Below are positions 6,446 through 15,113 of a stretch of 39,175 nucleotides of DNA, in pieces. Every line of letters begins with the position of its first letter. The stretch's first letter is position 1. The stretch covers positions 1 through 39,175 of the forward strand of contig JBAYJU010000002.1 in assembly GCA_041664865.1 (NCBI GenBank), in the 5' to 3' direction. The stretch comes from Minisyncoccota bacterium (lineage in GTDB: Bacteria > Patescibacteriota > Minisyncoccia > Phycocordibacterales > Phycocordibacteraceae). Under the pieces are notes generated by a model. It had not been told where the DNA came from and made no database searches. It saw only the letters and a program-made list of their open reading frames with translations. The position numbers were made by a program, and so were the translations under genes.

Positions 6446-7081
6446 ATGAACACTACCAACGCAGGAAAGACACAGCAGTTCGTTCCTATCAAAGAGATAC
6501 GAAATGGAATCGTCGTCATGAAAGACGGCAATTATCGCGGCGTCCTTATATGTTCTGCCATCAATTTCGGGCTCAAGTCTGCAGATGAGCAGCACGCGAT
6601 TATCCTCGGATTCCAGAACTTCCTCAATACGATCGATTTCTCGATACAAATAGTCATCAATTCGCGCAAGATGGATCTGCGGCCATACCTCACCTTCCTA
6701 GAGGAGAAAGCTCCTGAACAGAGCTCAGAGCTTATGAGGATTCAGCTGCGCGAATATGTCGAATTCATACGCTCATTTGCCGACCAGACGAATATCATGA
6801 CAAAATCATTCTATATCGTCGTGCCCTACTCACCACGCGCAAGCGCCGCGCGCGCAATCAGCTTCTTGCGGCAAGATAGTGCTGCAACAAAAGACGCTGC
6901 AAATGCTACATCCTTCGAGGAAGATCGCGCACAGCTCGAGCAGCGACTCTCTCTAGTGGCAGCAGGTCTTGCTGGCACGGGTGTACGCGCAGTCCCGCTA
7001 GGCACAGAGGAGACTATCGAGCTGTTCTACCGCTCTTTCAACCCTGGCGAGCTTGAGAATCCTATCCGCTTAGAGGCATGA
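6446..7081 (+). CDS. T4SS-associated protein resembling the non-ATPase N-terminal domain of Gram-positive VirB4/TraE proteins
   Basis: FVPIKEIRNGIVVMKDGNYRGVLICSAINFGLKSADEQHAIILGFQNFLNTIDFSIQIV resembles the N-terminus of Tn916-type VirB4 proteins (from memory). No Walker motifs are present. Confidence 0.4.
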   Translation: MNTTNAGKTQQFVPIKEIRNGIVVMKDGNYRGVLICSAINFGLKSADEQHAIILGFQNFLNTIDFSIQIVINSRKMDLRPYLTFLEEKAPEQSSELMRIQLREYVEFIRSFADQTNIMTKSFYIVVPYSPRASAARAISFLRQDSAATKDAANATSFEEDRAQLEQRLSLVAAGLAGTGVRAVPLGTEETIELFYRSFNPGELENPIRLEA

Positions 7082-7105
7082 TCTCTCTAAATATCTAAAT
7101 CATTT

Positions 7106-8926
7106 ATGTCCTTACTCGACTTCCTAACACACAAGAATCAAGACGCTGTTCCTGAGATAGTGCCTGTCTTGCCGCGAGACATATACAAACAGAGCTCCCT
7201 TGATCTTGTCGACATAATAGCCCCTACAGCTCTCAATATCGGCTCTCGGGAGATTGAGCTCGGAGAGAAATTCGTCCGCACCTTCTACACAGTATCGTAC
7301 CCACGATTCCTTTCTGACAGCTGGTTCTCTCCAATCATCGACCTAGATAAAGTGTTCGACGTCTCCATATTCATACACCCTATAGATACTGAATCCGCAC
7401 TGCGAGGATTCCAGAAGAAGGTAGCCGAGGTGCAGAGCCAGATAAATGAACGCGAATCGAAGGGGCTAGTTCGTGACCCTATGCTTGATACGGCATACCA
7501 AGACCTAGAAGCGCTGCGCGACAATCTGCAACAAGCTCAGGAAAAGCTATTCGATGTCGGTCTATATCTGGCGCTCTACGGCGACACGAAAGAAGACATC
7601 ACCAAGACCGAGGGCGACGTCCGCGGGATACTAGACGCTAAACTCGTATACACAAAGCCTGCTCTATTCCAGCAAGAGCAGGGATTCCGCTCGTGTCTAC
7701 CGCTCGGCACTGACGAGCTTCTGGTTAATTCGAAGCTGAACTCATCACCACTCTCCTCTATATTCCCATTCGTCTCATTCGACCTCACTAGCGATCGCGG
7801 CATCCTGTACGGTATAAATCGCCACAACTCATCGCTCATACTTTTCGACCGTTTCTCACTTGAGAACTACAACTCCGTCGTCTTCGCCAAGTCAGGTTCC
7901 GGCAAAAGCTACGCTACCAAGCTCGAGATTCTTCGTTCGCTTATGTTCGGTACTGATGTCATCGTCATTGATCCAGAGCGCGAATACGAGCAGCTCGCCG
8001 AAGCGACCGGTGGCCGCTCATTCAACATCTCTCTATCCTCGGATAATCACATAAATCCGTTCGACTTGCCGCCCGTGCGCGAAGGGGAGGACCCGAAGGA
8101 CATCTTGCGCTCCAACATCATCTCGCTAGTAGGTCTCTTCCGCATCATGCTCGGAGGCCTGTCGCCAGAAGAAGATGCCATCATCGACCGCGCAGTCAGT
8201 GAGACCTATGCCCTGAAAGACATCGTCGGCGACGCAGACTTCACAGGCGCTGAGCCGCCGCTCCTGTCCGATTTCGAGCAGGTGCTATCTGGTATGGAGG
8301 GAAGCGACTCACTGGTAGAGCGTCTTTCGAAATACACCAGAGGCACATGGGCTGGGTTCATGAATCAACCGACAAACATAGACCTGAAACAGCAATTCGC
8401 AGTCTTCTCAGTGCGAGACATGGAGGACGAGCTCAAGCCGATTGCGATGTATATCATCACGCACTACATATGGAATGAGGTGCGGCACGAGTTGAAGAAG
8501 CGCTTACTGATAATCGATGAGGCGTGGTGGATGATGAAGAGTGAAGATACTGCTTCATTCCTATTTTCTATCGCGAAGCGCGGGCGTAAATACTATCTTG
8601 GAGTCTGCACTATCACGCAAGACGTCGAGGACTTCTTGAAGAGCCCGTATGGCAGGCCGATTCTTACGAACTCATCCATCCAGCTTCTACTGAAGCAATC
8701 ACCAACGACGATTGATGTATTGCAACAAACATTCAACCTCACAGAAGAAGAGAAGTATCTACTACTTGAGGCTGGAGTAGGGGAGGGGCTGTTCTTCGCC
8801 GGTATGAAGCATGTCGCTATAAAAATAGTAGCAAGTTATACCGAGGATCAGATCATCACCTCTGACCCGTCGCAACTCATCGCTATAAAGCAAGAAAAGG
8901 GCCGCCATGCCGCAGAGAAGAAGTAG
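7106..8926 (+). CDS. virB4: VirB4/TraC-like T4SS ATPase
   Basis: Walker A AKSGSGKSY, Walker B LLIIDEAWWM, and the N-terminal RTFYTVSYPRFL motif. Length 606 aa. Confidence 0.8.
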   Translation: MSLLDFLTHKNQDAVPEIVPVLPRDIYKQSSLDLVDIIAPTALNIGSREIELGEKFVRTFYTVSYPRFLSDSWFSPIIDLDKVFDVSIFIHPIDTESALRGFQKKVAEVQSQINERESKGLVRDPMLDTAYQDLEALRDNLQQAQEKLFDVGLYLALYGDTKEDITKTEGDVRGILDAKLVYTKPALFQQEQGFRSCLPLGTDELLVNSKLNSSPLSSIFPFVSFDLTSDRGILYGINRHNSSLILFDRFSLENYNSVVFAKSGSGKSYATKLEILRSLMFGTDVIVIDPEREYEQLAEATGGRSFNISLSSDNHINPFDLPPVREGEDPKDILRSNIISLVGLFRIMLGGLSPEEDAIIDRAVSETYALKDIVGDADFTGAEPPLLSDFEQVLSGMEGSDSLVERLSKYTRGTWAGFMNQPTNIDLKQQFAVFSVRDMEDELKPIAMYIITHYIWNEVRHELKKRLLIIDEAWWMMKSEDTASFLFSIAKRGRKYYLGVCTITQDVEDFLKSPYGRPILTNSSIQLLLKQSPTTIDVLQQTFNLTEEEKYLLLEAGVGEGLFFAGMKHVAIKIVASYTEDQIITSDPSQLIAIKQEKGRHAAEKK

Positions 8927-8945
8927 CCAGAAACCGCCAGAGGCG

Positions 8946-9533
8946 ATGACATGGAGCAAATCCCTGCCCGTCATCATCGTCGCTGGGATCTTCGACCTTG
9001 TGAGGATGTTCTTCGAAATGTTCTGGTTCTTCGGTCCGGCACTCGCCGCTATCTATTGCACAGACAAAGTAAGCGGCATCCTCACGAAAGTAACTCTTGG
9101 CGCACTGGGCACAAAAACTGCCGGGCTTGTGTGTTCATCAGCAGCAATTGCCGGTGGGGCAGCGGCATCAGAAACACTCGTGGCATTTGGCGTAATTATG
9201 GCTATCGCTGTCGGCTTCGCTGGGTTCCTCATCCTTGGTCTGTGGATGCTTATGACAAATGCGCGTATTTTCAAAACAGTTGAGAGTGCTCCGCTTCAAT
9301 TCGTGGCAAGCTTCGGCGTTAGCGAAATACCACTCATTGGGACTATCCCCACGTTCTCCATCGTCCTATGGAAACTCTACAAGTCGCAGATACAGGTCGA
9401 GCAAGAAGCTTTGCAAAAATGGCAAAAAGAGCACGCCCAAGAAATAGCTGGCCAGCGTCGTGAGCGCCAGCAGCAAGCCGCATACCTTATGCAAGCGCGC
9501 ACTGCCGAGCTTGCCCAAGACGATATATACTAG
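8946..9533 (+). CDS. Polytopic membrane protein with a C-terminal charged coiled tail (T4SS cluster member)
   Basis: Several hydrophobic helices. The start at 8946 (MTWSKSL) was chosen to avoid overlapping virB4. Confidence 0.45.
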   Translation: MTWSKSLPVIIVAGIFDLVRMFFEMFWFFGPALAAIYCTDKVSGILTKVTLGALGTKTAGLVCSSAAIAGGAAASETLVAFGVIMAIAVGFAGFLILGLWMLMTNARIFKTVESAPLQFVASFGVSEIPLIGTIPTFSIVLWKLYKSQIQVEQEALQKWQKEHAQEIAGQRRERQQQAAYLMQARTAELAQDDIY

Positions 9534-9537
9534 AGAC

Positions 9538-10536
9538 ATGTCGTATCGCCTCTTCTTTGTCTCATTTCTGTCGCTTATTCTGCTAACTCCTGGCGCGGCT
9601 TCTGCGCAGTCACTCGGCGGATCATTGGGGGACACCGGGCCGTTCTCTGTCTCAATAAGCCCGCAATACCCGATACCAGGCGGGCAAGTGACCCTATCAT
9701 TCCTCTCATCTACGCTCGACCTAACGAACGCCACCATGACTATCCTGGTGGGTGGCAAGCAGACTTATCAGGGAAGCATCCAGCCAATTGCCATCCCTCT
9801 TGGGAAAAATGGCGCTGCAGTCTCCGTCACTGTGAAAATAACCTCTGAAGGAATATCCTATAGCCAATCAGTTGTCATACAGCCCGAAGATGTCTCGCTC
9901 ATAGCAGAGCCACTCTCATCAGCGCCAGTGCTATATCCAGGGAAACCACTGATTCCGCTCGGTGGCAACACGCGAGTAGTTGCGATCGCAAACTTCAAAG
10001 ACGCAGCAGGTAGAACTCTAAGCCCAGCGACACTCTCATATTCCTGGACTGTAGATGACACACAGATTGCAAATTCCTCTGGCATAGGCAAAGCGGCGGT
10101 GATAGTCGCATCACCACTACAGTACAGAGAGCGTACAGTCTCTGTATCTGTGCGAAGCCAGTCCGGCAGTCTTGTGGGCGGGGCATCGCTCTCTCTCAAG
10201 CCAGTAGAGCCATCAGTGCTTATATATGAAAATGACCCACTACTCGGCATTCGATTCGATCACGCTCTGTCGGGCGCATATTCCCTGCGCGGAACTGAGG
10301 CGAGCCTATACGCCGCCCCGTTCTCTCTACCACTCGCCGGTGCACCACTTATCCAATGGTTCTTAAACGGCTCCATGGCACAGACAGGCTCCCTGATAAC
10401 GCTTCGCCCAACTGGGAGCGGGCAGGGGAGTGCCTCACTCTCTCTCATCGCATCGACAGGAGAATCGACGCGCGCGACCACGAATCTTTCACTCTCCTTC
10501 GGAGAGAAACCAAGCACTAACTTCTTCGGCCTATGA
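9538..10536 (+). CDS. Secreted protein, function unknown (T4SS cluster member)
   Basis: Signal peptide MSYRLFFVSFLSLILLTPGAASAQ. TATACT at 9526-9531 lies 6 nt upstream of the ATG. Confidence 0.55.
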   Translation: MSYRLFFVSFLSLILLTPGAASAQSLGGSLGDTGPFSVSISPQYPIPGGQVTLSFLSSTLDLTNATMTILVGGKQTYQGSIQPIAIPLGKNGAAVSVTVKITSEGISYSQSVVIQPEDVSLIAEPLSSAPVLYPGKPLIPLGGNTRVVAIANFKDAAGRTLSPATLSYSWTVDDTQIANSSGIGKAAVIVASPLQYRERTVSVSVRSQSGSLVGGASLSLKPVEPSVLIYENDPLLGIRFDHALSGAYSLRGTEASLYAAPFSLPLAGAPLIQWFLNGSMAQTGSLITLRPTGSGQGSASLSLIASTGESTRATTNLSLSFGEKPSTNFFGL

Positions 10537-11087
10537 AAAAATACTTTCTATTTAGTTTAGGTCTAGTAACGCTTCTCGGGTTCGCGCCGCATGTATTCGC
10601 TGAAGGATTCGTAGCTCTTGCTCCGATTCCAGGCCTTACGCAGGGTGCCACAGCAGACACTGCGGGGCTCGCGAGTTTCTTCAACAATCTATACAAATAT
10701 CTCATAGGCCTGGCTGCCACACTCGCTGTCATACAGATTATCTGGGCAGGAATAGACATGGCGGTGTTCCACAAAGATGCCGTAAGTGAAATCACGAATG
10801 ATAAAGGCAAGATCTACAACGCAATCTTCGGTCTCATTCTCGTCCTATCGCCGGCCCTCGTCTTCTCCATCATCAACCCCAGCATCCTCAACCTCTCCCT
10901 CAACCTCCCGGAGATTAAAACAGCACCTACCGTACCGTCTGATTATGAAAATCCGGCGATTGACCTAACGGGGCAACCAGCACCAGAAGCAACTCCAGCA
11001 CCTTCACCAGTTCAATCAGGAGGATTTGTTGGAAGTGGTCCTGTAGACCCAAACGCAGCACAATCGACTCTTAAGTTAAATTATTAG
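10533..11087 (+). CDS. VirB2/TrbC-like T4SS pilin candidate
   Basis: Signal peptide followed by two hydrophobic helices (LIGLAATLAVIQIIWAGIDM ... IFGLILVLSPALVFSII) and a Pro-rich tail. ATGA overlap with the upstream gene. Confidence 0.5.
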   Translation: MKKYFLFSLGLVTLLGFAPHVFAEGFVALAPIPGLTQGATADTAGLASFFNNLYKYLIGLAATLAVIQIIWAGIDMAVFHKDAVSEITNDKGKIYNAIFGLILVLSPALVFSIINPSILNLSLNLPEIKTAPTVPSDYENPAIDLTGQPAPEATPAPSPVQSGGFVGSGPVDPNAAQSTLKLNY

Positions 11088-11091
11088 ATAT

Positions 11092-12306
11092 ATGCGGCGC
11101 TTTATTACCATCTCTGCAATCGCACTAGTCCTTCTGGGGCTCGGAGTTGGTGCGTACTTCTATTTCTTCACAGGCTCTACGGGCATCACTGTCGCACCAG
11201 TCGGGAGCGTGAGCCTACCAGTGGCTGGGCAGGGTAGTACGGCCACAGGCGACAGTGATGCGTCTAGCGGCTATTCTGCAGACACGGGCGCAACAGGTAC
11301 TCCGGTTGCAGTCTCATCGCGACTAGTGCAGATAAGTGCGGGCCCGGTAGTTCCAGGTGAAGCTGTAGTGGACACGAGACTCGCTACCGCCAGCTCTACC
11401 ACAGAAGTTGAAGTACGTTATATCGAACGCGAGAGCGGAAACGTGTTTTCATACTCACCGAGCACGCGCGCGATAACCAGAATAAACAACAAGACAATCC
11501 CTGGAATTCAGTCGGCCTCATGGCTCCCAGACGGCTCCTCCGCCTTCGTTCGGTATCTTTCAGGGGACAATTTTTCTACAATCAATACTTATGCGCTAGC
11601 AGCGACAAGCTCTAATGGGTTCTTCTTATCTCAAAATCTCTCCGATATCGCTGTGTCCTCTTCTGGAATTCTCTCGCTTTCTTCAGGCGTGAACGGTTCT
11701 GCGGTTTCCATTGCGCATACTGATGGCACACACAGCACGAACCTTTTCACCACACCTATTTCATCGCTCCGTATATCATTCGCTGGGAAGAATCAGTACC
11801 TCATATTCTCGAAACCTTCCGCGAAAATCTCTGGAGTCGCGTTCATTGCAGATGCTGTTGGTAATCTGTCTCGTATCGCCGGGCCGCTCCCTGGCCTAGT
11901 TGCCACCCCAAGCCCGTCAGGGAAGTGGGTGCTCGTGAGCTACATCAATGGCACCACCATGATAATGGCGCTCGTGAACACCGCAACAGGATCCACTTCA
12001 GCACTCCCTGTAGCAACTATTGCTGATAAATGCGTGTGGACTGCAGATGAATCATCTGTTTATTGCGGCATACCAGTCAACGCGCCTACGGCGGCATATC
12101 CTGATGATTGGTACCAGGGTACGGTGTCATTCTCAGATCGCATCTGGAAAATAGACGTAGTCGGGCGCTATGCACAGCTCGCTCTGGATTTCTCTCAGGC
12201 AAACAAGGGCGCTCTCGACGCCACAGCACTCGCTATTGACCCCGCGAACACAACCCTCGTATTCATCAACAAAAATGACAGCTCCCTCTGGAGCTACTCT
12301 CTCTAG
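11092..12306 (+). CDS. Membrane-anchored protein with TolB/PD40-like beta-propeller repeats
   Basis: N-terminal TM helix. Repeated motifs WLPDGSSAFVRY and PSGKWVLVSY. Confidence 0.45.
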   Translation: MRRFITISAIALVLLGLGVGAYFYFFTGSTGITVAPVGSVSLPVAGQGSTATGDSDASSGYSADTGATGTPVAVSSRLVQISAGPVVPGEAVVDTRLATASSTTEVEVRYIERESGNVFSYSPSTRAITRINNKTIPGIQSASWLPDGSSAFVRYLSGDNFSTINTYALAATSSNGFFLSQNLSDIAVSSSGILSLSSGVNGSAVSIAHTDGTHSTNLFTTPISSLRISFAGKNQYLIFSKPSAKISGVAFIADAVGNLSRIAGPLPGLVATPSPSGKWVLVSYINGTTMIMALVNTATGSTSALPVATIADKCVWTADESSVYCGIPVNAPTAAYPDDWYQGTVSFSDRIWKIDVVGRYAQLALDFSQANKGALDATALAIDPANTTLVFINKNDSSLWSYSL

Positions 12307-12308
12307 AG

Positions 12309-12337
12309 TAAGTAAAGATGTCAGACCTCTTTACTTA
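12309..12337. terminator. Hairpin between convergent genes (10-bp stem TAAGTAAAGA/TCTTTACTTA, 9-nt loop)
   Basis: Seen directly. It overlaps the yidC stop codon. Confidence 0.4.
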
Positions 12338-13071
12338 GATTCTAGCTCTACAACTTCTCTAGCGATTACACGGCGCATATGCCATTCTTGTGCCGAACCT
12401 GCAAGATTCGTGGCTATAAAATAGAGCGCGATTGCGCTGGAAGTCGTATATGATATTACCGCGATAAGGAACGGGAATACATATTTCAATTGCATACCGA
12501 TAATGCTCTGGAAGTCGCCCTTCTTTGCTCCCGGAGACGGCTTCATGGTGCCAGAAAGAGCCATGTGTGCTTGGAGGAATTGTGTGGCCCCAGCAAGCAC
12601 GGCCAGGAATATGCTCTTGCCCATCACCGAGATAATTCCTATGAATTCGAGCGATACTGCGTGTGGAACTGGTGTAAATGTGTAGATTCTAGTGATATTT
12701 ACTACTGTAAATGACTCGTCTAGGAAGACCCAATACAGTGCCAGAAGGACAGGGATCTGGATTAAGGCCAATAGGATGCTCGTAAAAGGGTTCACTTCAG
12801 CGGCACGGTAGAGAGCGAGAGTTTCTAGTGCCTCGCGCTCTTTATCGTTTTTATGAGTTTCTTTCAGCTCTTTAATCTTCGGTTCTAGGAGCTTCATCGC
12901 GCGCTGAGTACGCGCCGCTGAGAGAGAGAATGGGAGTAGGATTAGGCGGATTATTATCGTTAGAATGATAACCGCTACACCGACGTCCCCGAACGGCACA
13001 AAAGCAATAAGCGCGACAAGCGCGTTGTATATCGGATTGTAAAAAGCTGTGTTGAAAAGAGACGAGATCAC
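12331..13071 (-). CDS. yidC: YidC/Oxa1-family membrane insertase (short form)
   Basis: Polytopic, 246 aa. It sits in the conserved rpmH-rnpA-yidC order. Confidence 0.8.
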   Translation of the reverse strand: MISSLFNTAFYNPIYNALVALIAFVPFGDVGVAVIILTIIIRLILLPFSLSAARTQRAMKLLEPKIKELKETHKNDKEREALETLALYRAAEVNPFTSILLALIQIPVLLALYWVFLDESFTVVNITRIYTFTPVPHAVSLEFIGIISVMGKSIFLAVLAGATQFLQAHMALSGTMKPSPGAKKGDFQSIIGMQLKYVFPFLIAVISYTTSSAIALYFIATNLAGSAQEWHMRRVIAREVVELESK

Positions 13072-13082
13072 AGAATCGGTGG

Positions 13083-13403
13083 TTATTTGCTAGTAATAGT
13101 AGAAAGAAGGGCACCCAACTCTGTCACTATGTCTTTATAGTTTACACTACTTGTCACTGACCTGGGAAACACGATAAGTGCTGGCGGTAACGATGGAAGA
13201 GTCCGTAACGCCTCAAGCACCTGGCGCTTGAGGCGGTGCCGCCTAGACGAGAGCCGCACTACCTTCTTCGGTATGATTACCGCATATCCCTGCACGTCTT
13301 TTTTGGGGATAACTAGCAAGAAATGCTCTGATGATAGCCTTCGGCCGTATTTCAGAGCAGAGGGGAATTGCGCACGCGAGAGCCGTTCTCTTCTGGAGAA
13401 CAC
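13083..13403 (-). CDS. rnpA: Ribonuclease P protein component
   Basis: Basic 106-aa protein directly downstream of rpmH. Confidence 0.8.
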   Translation of the reverse strand: MFSRRERLSRAQFPSALKYGRRLSSEHFLLVIPKKDVQGYAVIIPKKVVRLSSRRHRLKRQVLEALRTLPSLPPALIVFPRSVTSSVNYKDIVTELGALLSTITSK

Positions 13404-13409
13404 GGGAAA

Positions 13410-13550
13410 TTAGACTGCGAGACTAGCCCGACCCTTGCGGCGACGCTCCTGGAGGATCTTTCTTCCTGATGCTGTCGCAGTACGCGCGAGGAAGCCGTGC
13501 GTCGTGGCGCGCTTCTTCTTCTTCGGTTGATATGTTCGTTTCGTAGCCAT
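13410..13550 (-). CDS. rpmH: 50S ribosomal protein L34 (absent from the ORF track because it is under 60 aa)
   Basis: Hand translation: [46 protein letters not shown]. Confidence 0.9.
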   Translation of the reverse strand: MATKRTYQPKKKKRATTHGFLARTATASGRKILQERRRKGRASLAV

Positions 13551-13631
13551 GCAGGATGAAAATTAGGTTGTACACATGATACTACCAGGTTTTTCTCGAA
13601 ACGCTAGCGTGCGACCTATTACGAATAAGCG

Positions 13632-13637
13632 TATACT
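13632..13637 (+). promoter_or_regulatory. -10-like TATACT, 11 nt upstream of the dnaA ATG
   Basis: GCGTATACT, 11-nt spacer, ATG at 13649. Confidence 0.4.
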
Positions 13638-13648
13638 CCAGACTACGT

Positions 13649-15001
13649 ATGGACAAAGGAAACACTAAGGAACTTTGGGAACACATACTGACGCAGGTTG
13701 AGTTGTCCGTATCTACTGCAAATTTCAATACATGGTTTCAAAATAGCTTCATAGTGAAGATCGGGGAAGATGGCGTCATATATATCGGAGTACCTAGCCA
13801 ATTCTTCAAGGATTGGTTCTTGAAGAAATTTCATACAACCCTTCTCAAGATCGTGCGCGGTGTCTCGTATGAGTTCCGTAATATCGAATATGTGATTGTA
13901 AAAGACGAGCGGCGCAAGGCGCCGCGAGAAAACAAAGCAAACAAGGGCGCGCTAGAGCTCCCGCTTGAGGAATTTTATATAAACAAGAGTGATAACCTAA
14001 ATCCGCGCTACACATTCGACACATTCGTCATCGGATCGTTCAACAATCTCGCGTATGCGGCAGCTCAGGCCGCGCTCAAGCGCCCAGGTATCACGTATAA
14101 CCCGCTTTTCATATATGGCGACACCGGCCGTGGCAAGACGCACCTTATACAAGCGATAGGCAACCAATTCAAGAAAGAGTACCAGGGACGCAAGGTGTTT
14201 TATCTTACATCTGAGAAGTTCGCTGTCGACTTCTCAGATGCTCTGCAGTCTGGAACGGCTAACCGTTTCAAAGATAAATACAGGCAATACGATCTGCTCA
14301 TCATGGACGATATCCAGTTTCTATCCAAGAAAGACAAGACACAGGAGGAGCTCTTCCACCTATTCAACACACTGCATGACACGAACAAGCAGATTATCTT
14401 CTCGTCTGATCGAGCGCCAGCTTCCATACCAGACATAGCCGAGCGCCTGAAGGGTCGCCTTGCTAGCGGTATGGCGGTCGACATCAGCGAGCCTGACGCT
14501 GAATCTAGGATGGCCATTGTGCAGAAGAAGGCGGCACTGCATGGCGTCATGCTTTCTGATGAGGTTATAGAATATGTCGCGACTACACTTTCGGGCTCTA
14601 TTCGAGAATTAGAGGGTATGGTGAACAGTATCGTCTGTCATGCACAAGTGAAAGGCTCTGCGCCAGATATCGCCGAGGTGCGCCTGTCGCTCAGGTCATT
14701 CACTCGCCCACAGAAGAACGTGTCGGTAAAGAATGTCGTCGACAAAGTCGCTGAATTCTACGGTATCGATGAAGAAAGCATCTATGAGAAGACTCGTAGG
14801 AGGGAAGTGGTGCGACCACGGCAGATAATCATGTATCTCCTGCGCGAAGATTTTAATATCTCATACCCGACCATAGGCACGAAACTAGGTGGACGTGACC
14901 ATACGACAGTTATCCACTCCTGTGAGAAGATAAAGCGTGAAGTACTTGTGGATAGCGACCTTTTAAAGGAGATTCAAAATATCAGGACCCTACTTGTATG
15001 A
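13649..15001 (+). CDS. dnaA: Chromosomal replication initiator DnaA
   Basis: GDTGRGKTHL Walker A, LLIMDDIQFL Walker B, and the C-terminal DNA-binding region KLGGRDHTTVIHS. Confidence 0.95.
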   Translation: MDKGNTKELWEHILTQVELSVSTANFNTWFQNSFIVKIGEDGVIYIGVPSQFFKDWFLKKFHTTLLKIVRGVSYEFRNIEYVIVKDERRKAPRENKANKGALELPLEEFYINKSDNLNPRYTFDTFVIGSFNNLAYAAAQAALKRPGITYNPLFIYGDTGRGKTHLIQAIGNQFKKEYQGRKVFYLTSEKFAVDFSDALQSGTANRFKDKYRQYDLLIMDDIQFLSKKDKTQEELFHLFNTLHDTNKQIIFSSDRAPASIPDIAERLKGRLASGMAVDISEPDAESRMAIVQKKAALHGVMLSDEVIEYVATTLSGSIRELEGMVNSIVCHAQVKGSAPDIAEVRLSLRSFTRPQKNVSVKNVVDKVAEFYGIDEESIYEKTRRREVVRPRQIIMYLLREDFNISYPTIGTKLGGRDHTTVIHSCEKIKREVLVDSDLLKEIQNIRTLLV

Positions 15002-15015
15002 GCCTTATAACGCAC

Positions 15016-15096
15016 TTATCAACAGTTTCTGTTACCAAGAAAGCGAGCGGTATACAATTAGCATATAGCTTTTTCAGACTATCCCCACTATCAACA
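15016..15096 (+). promoter_or_regulatory. DnaA-box-like motifs in the dnaA-dnaN spacer (candidate oriC segment)
   Basis: TTATCAACA at 15016-15024 matches TTATCCACA at 8 of 9 positions. The tandem CTATCCCCA (15079-15087) and CTATCAACA (15088-15096) each match at 7 of 9. Confidence 0.35.
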
Positions 15097-15113
15097 CCCT
15101 TAATAGAAGTCGT

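Noticed and set aside
5997-12306. Calling the T4SS-like block an integrative conjugative element or prophage.
   Set aside because: There is no integrase, relaxase, coupling protein, att-like repeats or phage structural genes in or beside the block within this window.
13551-13648. oriC placed in the rpmH-dnaA spacer.
   Set aside because: Only one weak box (TTGTACACA, 7 of 9) is present in 98 bp. The dnaA-dnaN spacer has the better, though still weak, cluster.
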